Part shown: positions 1 through 8,948 of the stretch, piece by piece
Layout of the letters: every line of letters begins with the position of its first letter
Position numbering within the stretch: the first letter of the stretch is position 1
NCBI RefSeq assembly: GCF_003945235.1
Contig: NZ_RSDW01000001.1
Coordinates: 4,800,001 to 4,832,000 of the forward strand
Source: Edaphobacter aggregans
GTDB lineage: Bacteria > Acidobacteriota > Terriglobia > Terriglobales > Acidobacteriaceae
Length of the DNA: 32,000 nucleotides
Direction: 5' to 3'
Translations under genes and position numbers: made by a program
The notes under the pieces: model-generated
Told to the model about the DNA's origin: nothing
Seen by the model: the letters and a program-made list of their open reading frames with translations, nothing else
The model's database searches: none

Positions 1-404
1 TTGCCAACCTTGTCCGGATTAGGGAGCCAGAAGGTACAGTTGTTGTGTTTGTCGCACTGGGCTGCGAACAGGATCTGATCGCCCTCGCGAAGCTGGTCCA
101 TGAACCACTGCTTATGAATGTCGGCCATCGCTGTATGTGTCAGTGACTCAACGAGGATCGTCTTACCTACAGCGGTCGGCGACTCGATGGCGTAGGTCCC
201 ATCGCTCGTCGATACATAGTGGACATTGTGAGCGGCGGTCTGCGTTACTATGCCACGCCCTAGTCCGTTCGAGTAGGTGCCATCGTTCACTTTATTAGTC
301 GCCGAGAACGTCCCGGCCATATAGCTTGCTGCGTGATCGCTGGCAAAGGCCGACGCGGTTGATAGAGCCAAGGCGAACATGATTACGGTTTTTGCGAACT
401 TCAA
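1..404 (-). CDS. secreted hypothetical protein (3' end runs off the window start)
   Basis: The minus-strand frame is open from the window edge up to TTG at 402-404 (alternative ATG at 378-380), with AGGAGA about 9 nt upstream. The N-terminus KFAKTVIMFALALSTASAFA looks like a Sec signal peptide. It is absent from the ORF track because there is no stop inside the window. No family recognised. Confidence 0.55.
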   Translation of the reverse strand, partial: MKFAKTVIMFALALSTASAFASDHAASYMAGTFSATNKVNDGTYSNGLGRGIVTQTAAHNVHYVSTSDGTYAIESPTAVGKTILVESLTHTAMADIHKQWFMDQLREGDQILFAAQCDKHNNCTFWLPNPDKVG

Positions 405-1176
405 TTTATTTCTCTCCTGTGTTGAGAGCCTCGCGGCCGGTTGCGGTTAAATGACAGGTACAGCTGCATAGCCGGACCGAGAAGGTTCCGTCAGGCCATA
501 GTGCTGACTCTGACTCCCACGCATCGGAGATGAGGCGGCCTATTTGTATGAGATTTGCCAGTTTTCGCCGGATTTGTAGAGCCAACGAGCGTTAGGCATT
601 CGAGCTGCGATTCGCGCGCCTTGATTAACAGACGCGATTCGGCTTAATAGTTGGACGAAGCGAAACAAGCTTTGTAATGGATAGCCCACCGGGTTGTGCT
701 TTGAAAGCCCATTTAAATCGAATGAATGAAATGAATTGATATCAGTCGCCCGCCATCAAGACTTTCGGGACTAATTCTCATGGCTTCAATCGTTTATAAA
801 ACACAGGGGCGATAAAATACCGCGCCATGTTAGCAGGATGTTCGCATTTGCCATGCCGAGCCAGTGTTAGCCAGAGCTTGACGCGACGGCTGCAGTTCGA
901 GCGGGCGCGCTAATCAAATCATCAACTTACGTCAGGCTTATTGTGGAGGGCTCGGAGGGACCGCAGTATGCCGCTAAACCTAGTGTCATCAATGTCCGTT
1001 TTGCTTAGCGTGCGAGAAAATCCGAATTCTGATGGGACCCAATAAAGCGGAACTCTTTGGAAGCCTCCTTCGGATGACTGCTCAGCACCTGTGTCGGGAA
1101 ATACAGCAGGCTGTTCGACTGGAATCGATTTTGGCGCGGTTTTTTGGCCTTGCTGACTTTCATTTGGAGAGACGGT

Positions 1177-1610
1177 GTCATTGCCGTCCGAATCGTCCGC
1201 GAGGTAAAGCATCCTTCGATCATCAATGTCGAGAGGCGCTCCCGCGCGGCGGAGAAGAGCGTGGTCGATTCCTAAGGGCGAATACAAGGGGAGCGAAAAG
1301 CGTCTGGAGGCTGCCCAGCGTGAATTTCGTGAGGAGACAGGATTCGTTGCTGAGGGGCATTTCGAGCATCTGGCGAAGTGAGACAGGCTGGAGGAAAAAT
1401 CGTTACCGCCTGGGCTGTTGAAGGCGACTGCGACCCCGGCAAACTGATTAGCAACACCTGCCAAATCGAATGGCCTCCGCGCTCTGGTCGTCTGCTGGAA
1501 TTTCCCGAGGTTGATTGCGGCCGCTGGTTTTCGCTTCATGAAGCGAGAGAACCCATCCTCAAGAGTCAGGAACCTTTCTTGTTTATCGCCGCACTCTTCA
1601 CCTCTGCTTG
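1177..1610 (+). pseudogene. NUDIX-family NTP pyrophosphohydrolase remnant (COG4119-like), at least two frameshifts
   Basis: One frame reads WSIPKGEYKGSEKRLEAAQREFREETGF, which contains the Nudix-box core REx2EEtG, and then stops at about 1377. The next frame continues GGKIVTAWAVEGDCDPGKLISNTCQIEWPPRSGRLLEFPEVDCGRWFSLHEAREPILKSQEPFL. That tail matches the conserved C-terminus of this family as I remember it. Confidence 0.5.
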
Positions 1611-1735
1611 TTTGCATCATTGTGGTAGCAGTAAGAAATCATCGGTCGTCATTTTCCTTTCAATGGCAACCTACACGGGAGATGGAGATGAGGGATGTTA
1701 GAGCAAGCAGCTAGTAAGACGCCCAATATTTTTAC

Positions 1736-1763
1736 TTGACAGCCTGATGGTTCATCTCATAAT
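1736..1763 (+). promoter_or_regulatory. sigma70-like promoter candidate, TTGACA-N16-CATAAT
   Basis: TTGACA lies at 1736-1741 and CATAAT at 1758-1763, about 90 nt upstream of the ATG at 1852. That ATG is itself preceded by GAGG. Confidence 0.4.
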
Positions 1764-1851
1764 GTGCCTACCTGTAGCCGCATAGTTGCTATTCCAGAAA
1801 CATTAGACTTCCTATATTTATCGGCCCCTTATTCCAGAGCGTGAGGCTGAC

Positions 1852-3247
1852 ATGGGTAAATCTGTCTATTGCTTTTTAGTTCTTTTCGTCGCAACTGTGA
1901 CAACCAATATGGCGGTGAGCCAAAAGCATGTGGTTTATCCAACTGTGCCGCCACCACCTCATACTTCGCAGGAAATCCTGCTTCTGTTCTCCGGCAATAG
2001 CGCCGACGAACGTATACTCCTGACGCTGAATAACAATAGACCCGATGTGCTGACGACCACGGTCACGGTCTATACCGCGTCAGGTGTCTCGACCGCTTTG
2101 CCGGACGTCAACTTGGTCCCTCAGGAGAGTAAGATGATCGAGTTGAGCCCTATCCTCAAAGCGGCTGGTTTGGGCAATCAGGAACTTGGTTGGCTTAAGC
2201 TCAATTACAGCGGCGTGATCCTAGAGATGGGCGCTCAACTAACTCTCTACCCAACAGAGGATGGGCCTGGGCTGGACTCACCGAGAAGCCTTAGCTCCGA
2301 TTTCAAGAGCACAGAAAGAGACGCTGTTTTTTGGGATGCCCGAGTTGGGCAAAGCTCACCTTTCATTCACCAATGGCTCGACCAACAGTATCTTTGTGAA
2401 GATGAAGTGCGGAGTGGTTGCCGAAGAGTTTGTGATTCCGTCAAAGACTACGAAGGTCCGGCATATTGAGCTACCGAATGGACCGATCATCCATGGGGGG
2501 CGGGTGCCCGTATCTTGCGAGATCGTTTCGGATGGAGCCGTGGATGCACTGCGGCCGGTAGGAAGTGTTGTGGCTCCTGGATACTCTGCTCCTATCCGGT
2601 TCTACGATCTAAAGACAGCAACCTTTCAAAGCCTTACTGCGGTTGGCCTTGATACAGCGGCGGAGACTCACGTAATGGTCCACAATGTCACGGATAACCC
2701 CGTGGAGTTTACTCCGATTTTGCGTGAGGCGGCGCTGTCGAATCCGATCACCCAAAACCTTGCACCTCGAAAACTAGGTCCTCATGACTCGGCTGAGGTC
2801 GATATCGAAAATCTGTTGCGTGTCTTTCAAACTCAGGGGAAATCTCGCGTAACGCTTACCTTGAAGACGGACGCACCAATGGGTGCAATTGTCGGAGCAG
2901 TGACACAGATTAGTTCGCCAGACAAACTGGTCGAGGATATTCCACTAAGAACAAGCAACCCACCGAAATTTGCACGAGGATCGTATCCGCTCCGCTGGGA
3001 TGAGGACTACACGAATCTGATTACAGTAACGAATACCGCCGAAGAGACGCTGCGGATCGGTGGTCAGATTACGGCGGGAGATGTCACGTATGTCTTCAAG
3101 AGAACAGACATTTCTCCTGGATCGACGATTGTCTTTGATGTAGATGAGTGGAAACGCGACGGCGTGCCGGATGTGAACAACAAGACGCTTCCGAAAGACG
3201 CCCTATATGGGAAGTTCCACTGGATCTCTTTCCAGTGTAAAGAATAA
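1852..3247 (+). pseudogene. exported multi-module hypothetical protein, split by a +1 frameshift in a T6 run (2327-2332)
   Basis: ORFs 1852..2469 and 2261..3247 overlap. The protein-like sequence switches frame exactly at gctgTTTTTTggg, and removing one T joins ...ERDAVF to GMPELGKAHLSFTNGS. The signal peptide is MGKSVYCFLVLFVATVTTNMAVSQ. An x-L/V-x-N motif (LTLNN, LSFTN, VMVHN, ITVTN) recurs every 105-115 codons or so. Confidence 0.6.
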
Positions 3248-3917
3248 AAGGAAGAGCAGCTTCAGCTGTGGTGCAACCTGCGACTATAACTTCCAGCAAT
3301 GGCCGTTTTTTGATCTCCAGCTTCCCACCACAATTGGAACGGGAGACAATCAAGTCAGCAATATCACCGAATACGACAGCATGACGAATGGCAATCCCTA
3401 TACCTATCCATTTTCGTATGCGGGTGTGACTGTCACGCAGGATTCAGCAACTATAGCCAGTACAGGACCCGACAGTTCTACCTCCACAAACATTATTGAA
3501 TATGGAAACGCTTTAGGCACAACGAATATCTACAACATTTTTATTGATGACGAATACGAGGCGACTCTCGACTATTGCGAAATGGCGCAGAATGAAACAT
3601 GGCAAGTTGGCATGACAACTGTAGGCACCAAGATGGGTCTTCTTGGCGCAGAATGTATCCCTAGCTCAGCAACGTTCAGACTCCAGGGCAGTTGGCAAGC
3701 TCTTCCTTTCGGACCTGGTCAATGCGTCCTTTCCGACTACATAGACATACCGATTCCCCCGTCTGGAGGATCGTGTGCGCATAACTGTTTTGTAGGTAAT
3801 CCTGATTCAACTGGAAAGAGTGTTGAATATTGTACAAAGGAAACACCGAGATATTCAGATGGTGACTGTTTGAAATTCACAGATACCTATCCCGTTGCGC
3901 CAATTCCTCACCCATAA
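3207..3917 (+). CDS. Cys-rich hypothetical protein (start uncertain; may be the C-terminal continuation of the preceding gene)
   Basis: The ORF is 236 aa with 11 Cys. There is no signal peptide and no SD before the ATG at 3207. It overlaps the upstream ORF by 41 nt in the +1 frame. AT-rich codon usage matches its neighbours. Confidence 0.45.
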   Translation: MGSSTGSLSSVKNKRKSSFSCGATCDYNFQQWPFFDLQLPTTIGTGDNQVSNITEYDSMTNGNPYTYPFSYAGVTVTQDSATIASTGPDSSTSTNIIEYGNALGTTNIYNIFIDDEYEATLDYCEMAQNETWQVGMTTVGTKMGLLGAECIPSSATFRLQGSWQALPFGPGQCVLSDYIDIPIPPSGGSCAHNCFVGNPDSTGKSVEYCTKETPRYSDGDCLKFTDTYPVAPIPHP

Positions 3918-3951
3918 CTGTGAATTTCCATTCGCCAAGAAGGAAGTTGAT

Positions 3952-4605
3952 ATGGACACCTTACCAGCATATTCAAGAAGATTGAAAGAACGTAGGATGG
4001 CTTTGCCCATCCTAGTGCCCTGTATGTTCCTGCTTCTTATTTGTGTCCTGTATCCCTGGGATGGTTTATGTTGGGCGCAGAAATCTGAGAGCCCGCTTCC
4101 GCTCCTCGAGCTCCAGTCTACTACCACCGATCTTTCGAGAGATGACGTGCTCTATGATGATCACGTTCTGCTCTGCTCTAATGGTTTATTTCGCCTTATG
4201 AGGAAAACTCAAGTATTTCCCGAACATGGGGCAACACTTAATTGGTACGAAGGTCAGCTTTCTGCGGCACAGCTTGCAGAGGTTCGATCGCTCCTCGCTT
4301 CCAAGGATTTGGAAGCACTACCTCCCTTTGATGCTTCCTCTGTTATGTCTTTTGTTTCTAAGGCGAACTTTAAGATGGAAATGGTATATGCAAGTATCTA
4401 CCGAAATGACAAGATACAGAAAGTCGGCTATGTCATCTGGCACGGTCATAGACCAGAGGATTCTATTGAAGGGGCACCTAGGGATGTCCAAGACGAACAA
4501 AGTAGAGCCAAAGCCCTACTTACCTCGTTGCTTCGATGGCAAGCGAGTCTTCAAGGGACTCTGATAAGTAATCCGAATGCTAAACCTCTTGGATGCTCCT
4601 CCTAA
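3952..4605 (+). CDS. N-terminally membrane-anchored or exported hypothetical protein
   Basis: The ATG at 3952 is preceded by AAGGAAG 5 nt upstream. A hydrophobic segment ALPILVPCMFLLLICVLYPW follows a basic stretch. No family recognised. Confidence 0.6.
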   Translation: MDTLPAYSRRLKERRMALPILVPCMFLLLICVLYPWDGLCWAQKSESPLPLLELQSTTTDLSRDDVLYDDHVLLCSNGLFRLMRKTQVFPEHGATLNWYEGQLSAAQLAEVRSLLASKDLEALPPFDASSVMSFVSKANFKMEMVYASIYRNDKIQKVGYVIWHGHRPEDSIEGAPRDVQDEQSRAKALLTSLLRWQASLQGTLISNPNAKPLGCSS

Positions 4606-4736
4606 TTAATTCTCTCTCGTAGTAGTTTGGTCGATTACATCTCGCTATTTACATCCGATAGAGGGAGCCTGTTGCGGTGAGGGTAGTTAGCCATCACCTC
4701 CTCTACAAACTCATTCAACTCGCAAACTTCGGACGA

Positions 4737-6565
4737 TGCTGCCGCCTGTTTGGCCGTCTCGCTCCGGGCGTGAGCATGGGACAGGCACAGGCAGAGACAA
4801 AGCTATTTGCCGATCACCTTTTTGCGCTGCATGACACGCGATCGGAGTTGAGCAAACCGGTTCCTACCCAATTCTGGCCGGGCTCTCCGTTCCCTGGCAA
4901 GCTGCCAGCAGGTTTGAGGTTGTCCATTGCGCTGGTAATGGCCGCAGCCGGGATGGTGCTAGTGATCGCTTGCGCCAACGTCGCCAGCCTGCAACTGGCG
5001 CGCGCCGCATCGCGCCAGAACGAACTGAGTATGCGCCTCTCTCTCGGAGCCAGCCGGCTGCGCCTGATAAGGCAATTACTTACGGAAAGCGCGTTGCTGG
5101 GCGTGCTCGCCGGCGTGGTGGCGTTCCTGGTGACGTGGGCTTTGCTGGCGGTGGGGGCGACGATTGCCAAAGACGCCCTGCCCGCCGACATGGGCGCTTA
5201 CGTGGTTGACGTTACGCCGGATCTGGCCACTTTTACTTATGTCTTTGGCTTGTCTCTGGCGGCAGGGGGTTCTGTTCGGGCTCGCTCCAGCGATGGAGAG
5301 TTCAAGCTCAGCGCTTTCGTCCGCAGTTAAGGCCAACGCGGCCACCTCGCCGGGCCGGAGCCGCCGGCTGCGCGGCTTGCTGATTGGTGCGCAGGTGGCC
5401 GTCTCGCTGGTGCTGATGATCGCAGGAAGCATGTTGATTCGCAGCTCCATACGCGCTCTCAAGATTGATACTGGTTATGAAGGCAAGCACGTTGTGGATC
5501 TCAGCTTCCAGTTTCCCGAAGGGGCGAGATACAGTGTCGACCAAAAACTTTCAGTCGTCCGCGAGCTGCGCACGCGGATGGGCACGTTGCCCGGCGTGAC
5601 TGCGATCACCAGCGCCAGGCCACCTGACGCCTCCGCTTCGAACCGCGGCCATCTCGCTCAACGGGGAAAAACCATCGGCCGGGAACACGCGAGCTTACCT
5701 CTATTACACATATATTCAGGCAAATTACTTTGAAACCCTTGGCATCCCTTTGCTCTTCGGGCGGCACTTTCAGGCGCAAGCAGGACAGCCCGAGGCTTCC
5801 GTGGTAGTGAGCGAATCAGCGGCCAGACAACTCTGGCCAAGGCAGAACCCGATCGGCCAGAGACTCCGCATGAGCACCGAGAAACGGTTCCACACCGACA
5901 GCGAGATTCTCCCTGACGGACCGGTTTTCCAAGTGATCGGCATCGCGCGTGACACACGCGGAGTGACGCTCGACGGCAGCGACTCGCAGCAAATCTACCT
6001 GCCATTGCACGACGACCGGATCCAGGATTACCCTTTGCTCATCGGAACCCAGGCGGACCCGCAGCTGTTTATGGGCGCGCTTGGCCCGGTGATCTCGTCC
6101 GTCGATCCCAACCTGATGGCTTCTACATCGACGCTGGAAGAGATGCTGCGACAGACAACGATCTTCGTCGCTTCCAGCTTTTCGGCCGCGATCGCGATCA
6201 CCATAGGCTTTCTCGGGCTGGTGCTGGCTTCAATGGGTATTTACAGCACGGTGAGCTTTATCGTGGTGCTGCGTACGAGGGAGGTCGGCATTCGCATGGC
6301 CCTGGGCGCGAAGAAGCACGACATCCTCGGTCTGATGCTGCTCGAAAGCGCGCGCCCCGTAGTGGCCGGATTGCTCGCCGGACTTGTGCTCGCCGTGGGA
6401 ACCTCCCACCTGCTACGCGGAGTGCTCTATGGGCTCAACACAATCGATGGCATCTCCTTTGGAGGCGTGTCGTTGTTGTTTCTAGCCATTGCGCTACTCG
6501 CCGCTTATGTGCCGTCGCGTCGAGCCCTGCACGTAGAGCCGGTAGTGCCACTTCGTTGCGAATAG
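4737..6565 (+). pseudogene. ADOP-family duplicated permease (MacB/FtsX-like), N-terminally truncated with two frameshifts
   Basis: Three consecutive ORFs (4677.., 5164.., 5750..) together align with residues from about 225 to the end of the intact paralog at 27256..29742. Examples are [17 protein letters not shown] versus [17 protein letters not shown], and both proteins have the LR-x-E C-terminus. The frame changes at the G5 run 5265-5269 and near 5625-5645. About 220 N-terminal codons are missing. Confidence 0.85.
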
Positions 6566-6680
6566 CAATATGCGTGACAACTAACAAAAAACTTGCTGAA
6601 TGCACATGATCCGCTCAGGACAATAGTTTATTGAGACCGGGCTACAGGCCAGCTCCATTTCTCGCTGCTACCATTACTCC

Positions 6681-7115
6681 ATGTCCTATCGCGTCAAACT
6701 CAGGCCGTTCCTGGTTACCGAGGGCGAGTTCAAGGGTCACTTGGAATACATTCACTTCCATGTGTTTCTCAACGGCGTTGAAGTCGGACACTGGTCCGAG
6801 CTCAATCAGGGCCAGATACCCAATTCGCTTGGCCAACTCGTGGGTCGCCCCGAAGCCATCGAATGCGATCTTGAATTGCGCCGTGGCGTTACTGTGGACG
6901 TACCCGGGGAGTACACCGAGGAGCAGCTCCGCTTGCTTCATACTCAACGGCGCGGCGAATAGATCATGGGGGCCAAGAAAACGAAGCAGGCGACCTGGAA
7001 AACAAATCAAATTTCTTCTTGGGCACAGCTCAATTCAAACTCGGAGCGCTACCTCGGTTTTGAACAGGAAATCGCGGTGGCCGTGAATGACAACTTAGGT
7101 TTGCGAGGGATCGTC
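6681..7115 (+). pseudogene. tyrosine recombinase/integrase C-terminal remnant
   Basis: After correcting a 2-nt insertion (7001-7002) and a 1-nt deletion (about 7040), the sequence reads KAG-DLEQIKFLLGHSSIQTTERYLGFEQEIAVAVNDNLGL, a typical integrase C-terminus. Upstream in frame are LLHTQRR (an H-x-x-R-R box) and then an in-frame TAG at 6960-6962. The N-terminal half is absent. Confidence 0.6.
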
Positions 7116-7190
7116 GCTGTTCTTCCGCTTTACGGATCGCAGCAAAGGCTCGGCTGCGACACCGACTTGTTGCATCCACCTGCGAGCGGC

Positions 7191-8402
7191 CTACTTCCCG
7201 CTCGCAGTCGTCGCGGCACTGGCAATCACTTTGCCTTCGCGAATGGCATAGCGGACCTTTGCGAACGCCAGCGGATCGGAAGCGGGATCGGCAGACAGCA
7301 CCGTCAGGTCACCCTTCTTTCCGACGGCGATACTACCCTCCTGATCCGCAACGTGAAACCGCTGCGCCGGAGCTGTCGTCAGCATCGCGAGAACGTCGTA
7401 ATAGGAGAATCCAGCCAACGCGAGCTGGTGATACTCCTCCTTGACGTCGTAGTCCTGGAGAAAACCCGTATCGGTGCCGAACATCAGCACTCCTCCGAAC
7501 TGATGAAACTTGAAGACCTCCGCCCGTATGCCGGCTATGTTCGAATCCCTGGAGAACAGCTTCAGCGTCGGTATCATCGACATATGCAGAGCGACCATCT
7601 GATGAAGAAGGTTGTCGTCGATCTCTTCGACAACCTCTGGCGCATGCGCCAGCACGTCGACTCCGCTCTGCATGGCAACGCGCGTTCCTGCCAGATTCGT
7701 AGTGTGGGCGAAGACAAGCTGACCATGTTCATGACCCACGGCGACGGCCGCGGTAGCGATATCAACCGGCATGGGGACGATGTGCTCGGGTTCAACGATC
7801 GAACCTGTAAAAAGCTTCACAATATCCGAACCCGCCGCGATGTTCTTACGAACGTCCTCTGCAGCTTCGGCTGGGGTGTCCGGCTGTGGCAGCTGAGCCA
7901 GGAGTTCCGGCGGCAGCCCTTTGATATAGTACGGAAGCGCGTGCGGCGGAAAGAGTCCCACCCCCGCGGTATAGATGCGAGGTCCCAGTACCTCGCCGGA
8001 TTCGATGCGACGGCGCAGAGAGACGGTGATATCCGGGAACGAAGCAGTATCGACGACCGTAGTAAAGCCGGAAAGCGTGACCATCTCCTGCACCTGTCGC
8101 GTGAGTTTATCGGCAGGCTGGCTGGAGGCATCCATCCCCTTCGCTTCCATGAAATGGACATGCGTATTCCAGAAGCCGGCGAACACAACGCAGTCCGCGC
8201 ACGGTAGCGTCTTCACCCCTGCTGGAACGGAAACATGTTTGCCGACTGCCACGATCTTTCCTGCACGGATGACGATCGTGGCGTCATCGACCGGTGTGGC
8301 GGTCGGCGAGGCGTAAACCTTCGCGCCTACAACAGCCAGGTCCTGGGCATGTGTCACCGAGGAGGAGGAAAGAAGCAAAGCGAACAGGAAGAGAGGACGC
8401 AT
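7191..8402 (-). CDS. secreted amidohydrolase-family metallohydrolase
   Basis: The ORF is 403 aa with signal peptide MRPLFLFALLLSSSSVTHAQ. It has the N-terminal beta-sandwich pattern IVIRAGKIVAVG and the metal-binding GFWNTHVHF motif, plus the C-terminal GSIAVGKKGDLTVL typical of Amidohydro_1. Confidence 0.88.
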   Translation of the reverse strand: MRPLFLFALLLSSSSVTHAQDLAVVGAKVYASPTATPVDDATIVIRAGKIVAVGKHVSVPAGVKTLPCADCVVFAGFWNTHVHFMEAKGMDASSQPADKLTRQVQEMVTLSGFTTVVDTASFPDITVSLRRRIESGEVLGPRIYTAGVGLFPPHALPYYIKGLPPELLAQLPQPDTPAEAAEDVRKNIAAGSDIVKLFTGSIVEPEHIVPMPVDIATAAVAVGHEHGQLVFAHTTNLAGTRVAMQSGVDVLAHAPEVVEEIDDNLLHQMVALHMSMIPTLKLFSRDSNIAGIRAEVFKFHQFGGVLMFGTDTGFLQDYDVKEEYHQLALAGFSYYDVLAMLTTAPAQRFHVADQEGSIAVGKKGDLTVLSADPASDPLAFAKVRYAIREGKVIASAATTASGK

Positions 8403-8487
8403 ATCTCGAACTATACGGAATGATCCAAGGGGGGTTCAGAATACTGGCGTTCATCCGATCATTAATCGTCACAAACCCCAGAGCGCA

Positions 8488-8732
8488 GCTTTGATCTCTA
8501 TTTGGCGTAACGTTTGAGGGTTATTTGGCGTACCCGCTGAGTTCGAACTGACGACCATGGCGACAAGCGTTCCTGAGCGAGAGGTCAAAGATGCTGGGTC
8601 CATAGGTAAGTGCTTGATTGTGCGTATGAAATGCAGTCAGATGGTTTGATGATTCTTCCGTTAGGGGTCAGAACCTATTGCACACTACGCCAAATAGCTC
8701 TGAAAAACTACGCCAAATAACTCTGAAAGTGA
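8488..8732. repeat. 2+2 inverted arrangement of a 23-bp unit (core TATTTGGCGTA) flanking about 150 bp
   Basis: The core 11-mer occurs at 8499-8509 and 8522-8532 on the plus strand. Its reverse complement occurs at 8686-8696 and 8709-8719. Spacing is exactly 23 bp within each pair, and the units share nTTTsAGnGy upstream of the core. Confidence 0.7.
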
Positions 8733-8948
8733 CAGGCTTAGGTGAACTGACTTCGCCTTAGCGTACGTAGCGTTTCTCGAGGTGTCCCCTACTTCCGATG
8801 CTCCGGAGCCTGCGGTCCACTGCCGCCCCAGCTCCGCCATGCCCTTCACATCGGCTGCCGCAGGGTTTTTCGGCTTTCTTCACCTCCACCCCAAACACAT
8901 CGCTCGTACCGAATAGGGAAGGGAACTGAGTCACATTCATCCAGACCT

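Noticed and set aside
722-732. The 11-mer ATGAATGAAAT shared with 31799-31809, considered as possible island-bounding direct repeats.
   Set aside because: Many 11-mer coincidences are expected by chance within 32 kb. The match does not extend on either side.
6642-7010. A 122-aa minus-strand ORF.
   Set aside because: It lies antisense to the frame that carries the integrase H-x-x-R-R box and continues into the LLGHSSIQTTERYLG remnant. There is no RBS and no recognisable family.
8502-8545. A sigma-54-like -24/-12 pattern inside the repeats (TGGCGTA-N4-TTGA and TGGCGTA-N4-CTGA).
   Set aside because: The -12 element lacks the conserved GC. The two right-hand repeat copies do not keep the spacing. 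No plus-strand gene lies downstream.
8539-8549. GAGTTCGAAC, resembling a tRNA T-loop (GGTTCGAAT), which raised the idea of a tRNA or att remnant.
   Set aside because: The flanking bases cannot form a T-stem, and no acceptor or anticodon arms can be drawn. I found no tRNA anywhere in the window.
8488-8732. Possible CRISPR array.
   Set aside because: There are only four repeat copies, arranged 2+2 in inverted orientation. The repeats are 23 bp, 'spacers' are effectively absent, and there are no cas genes.
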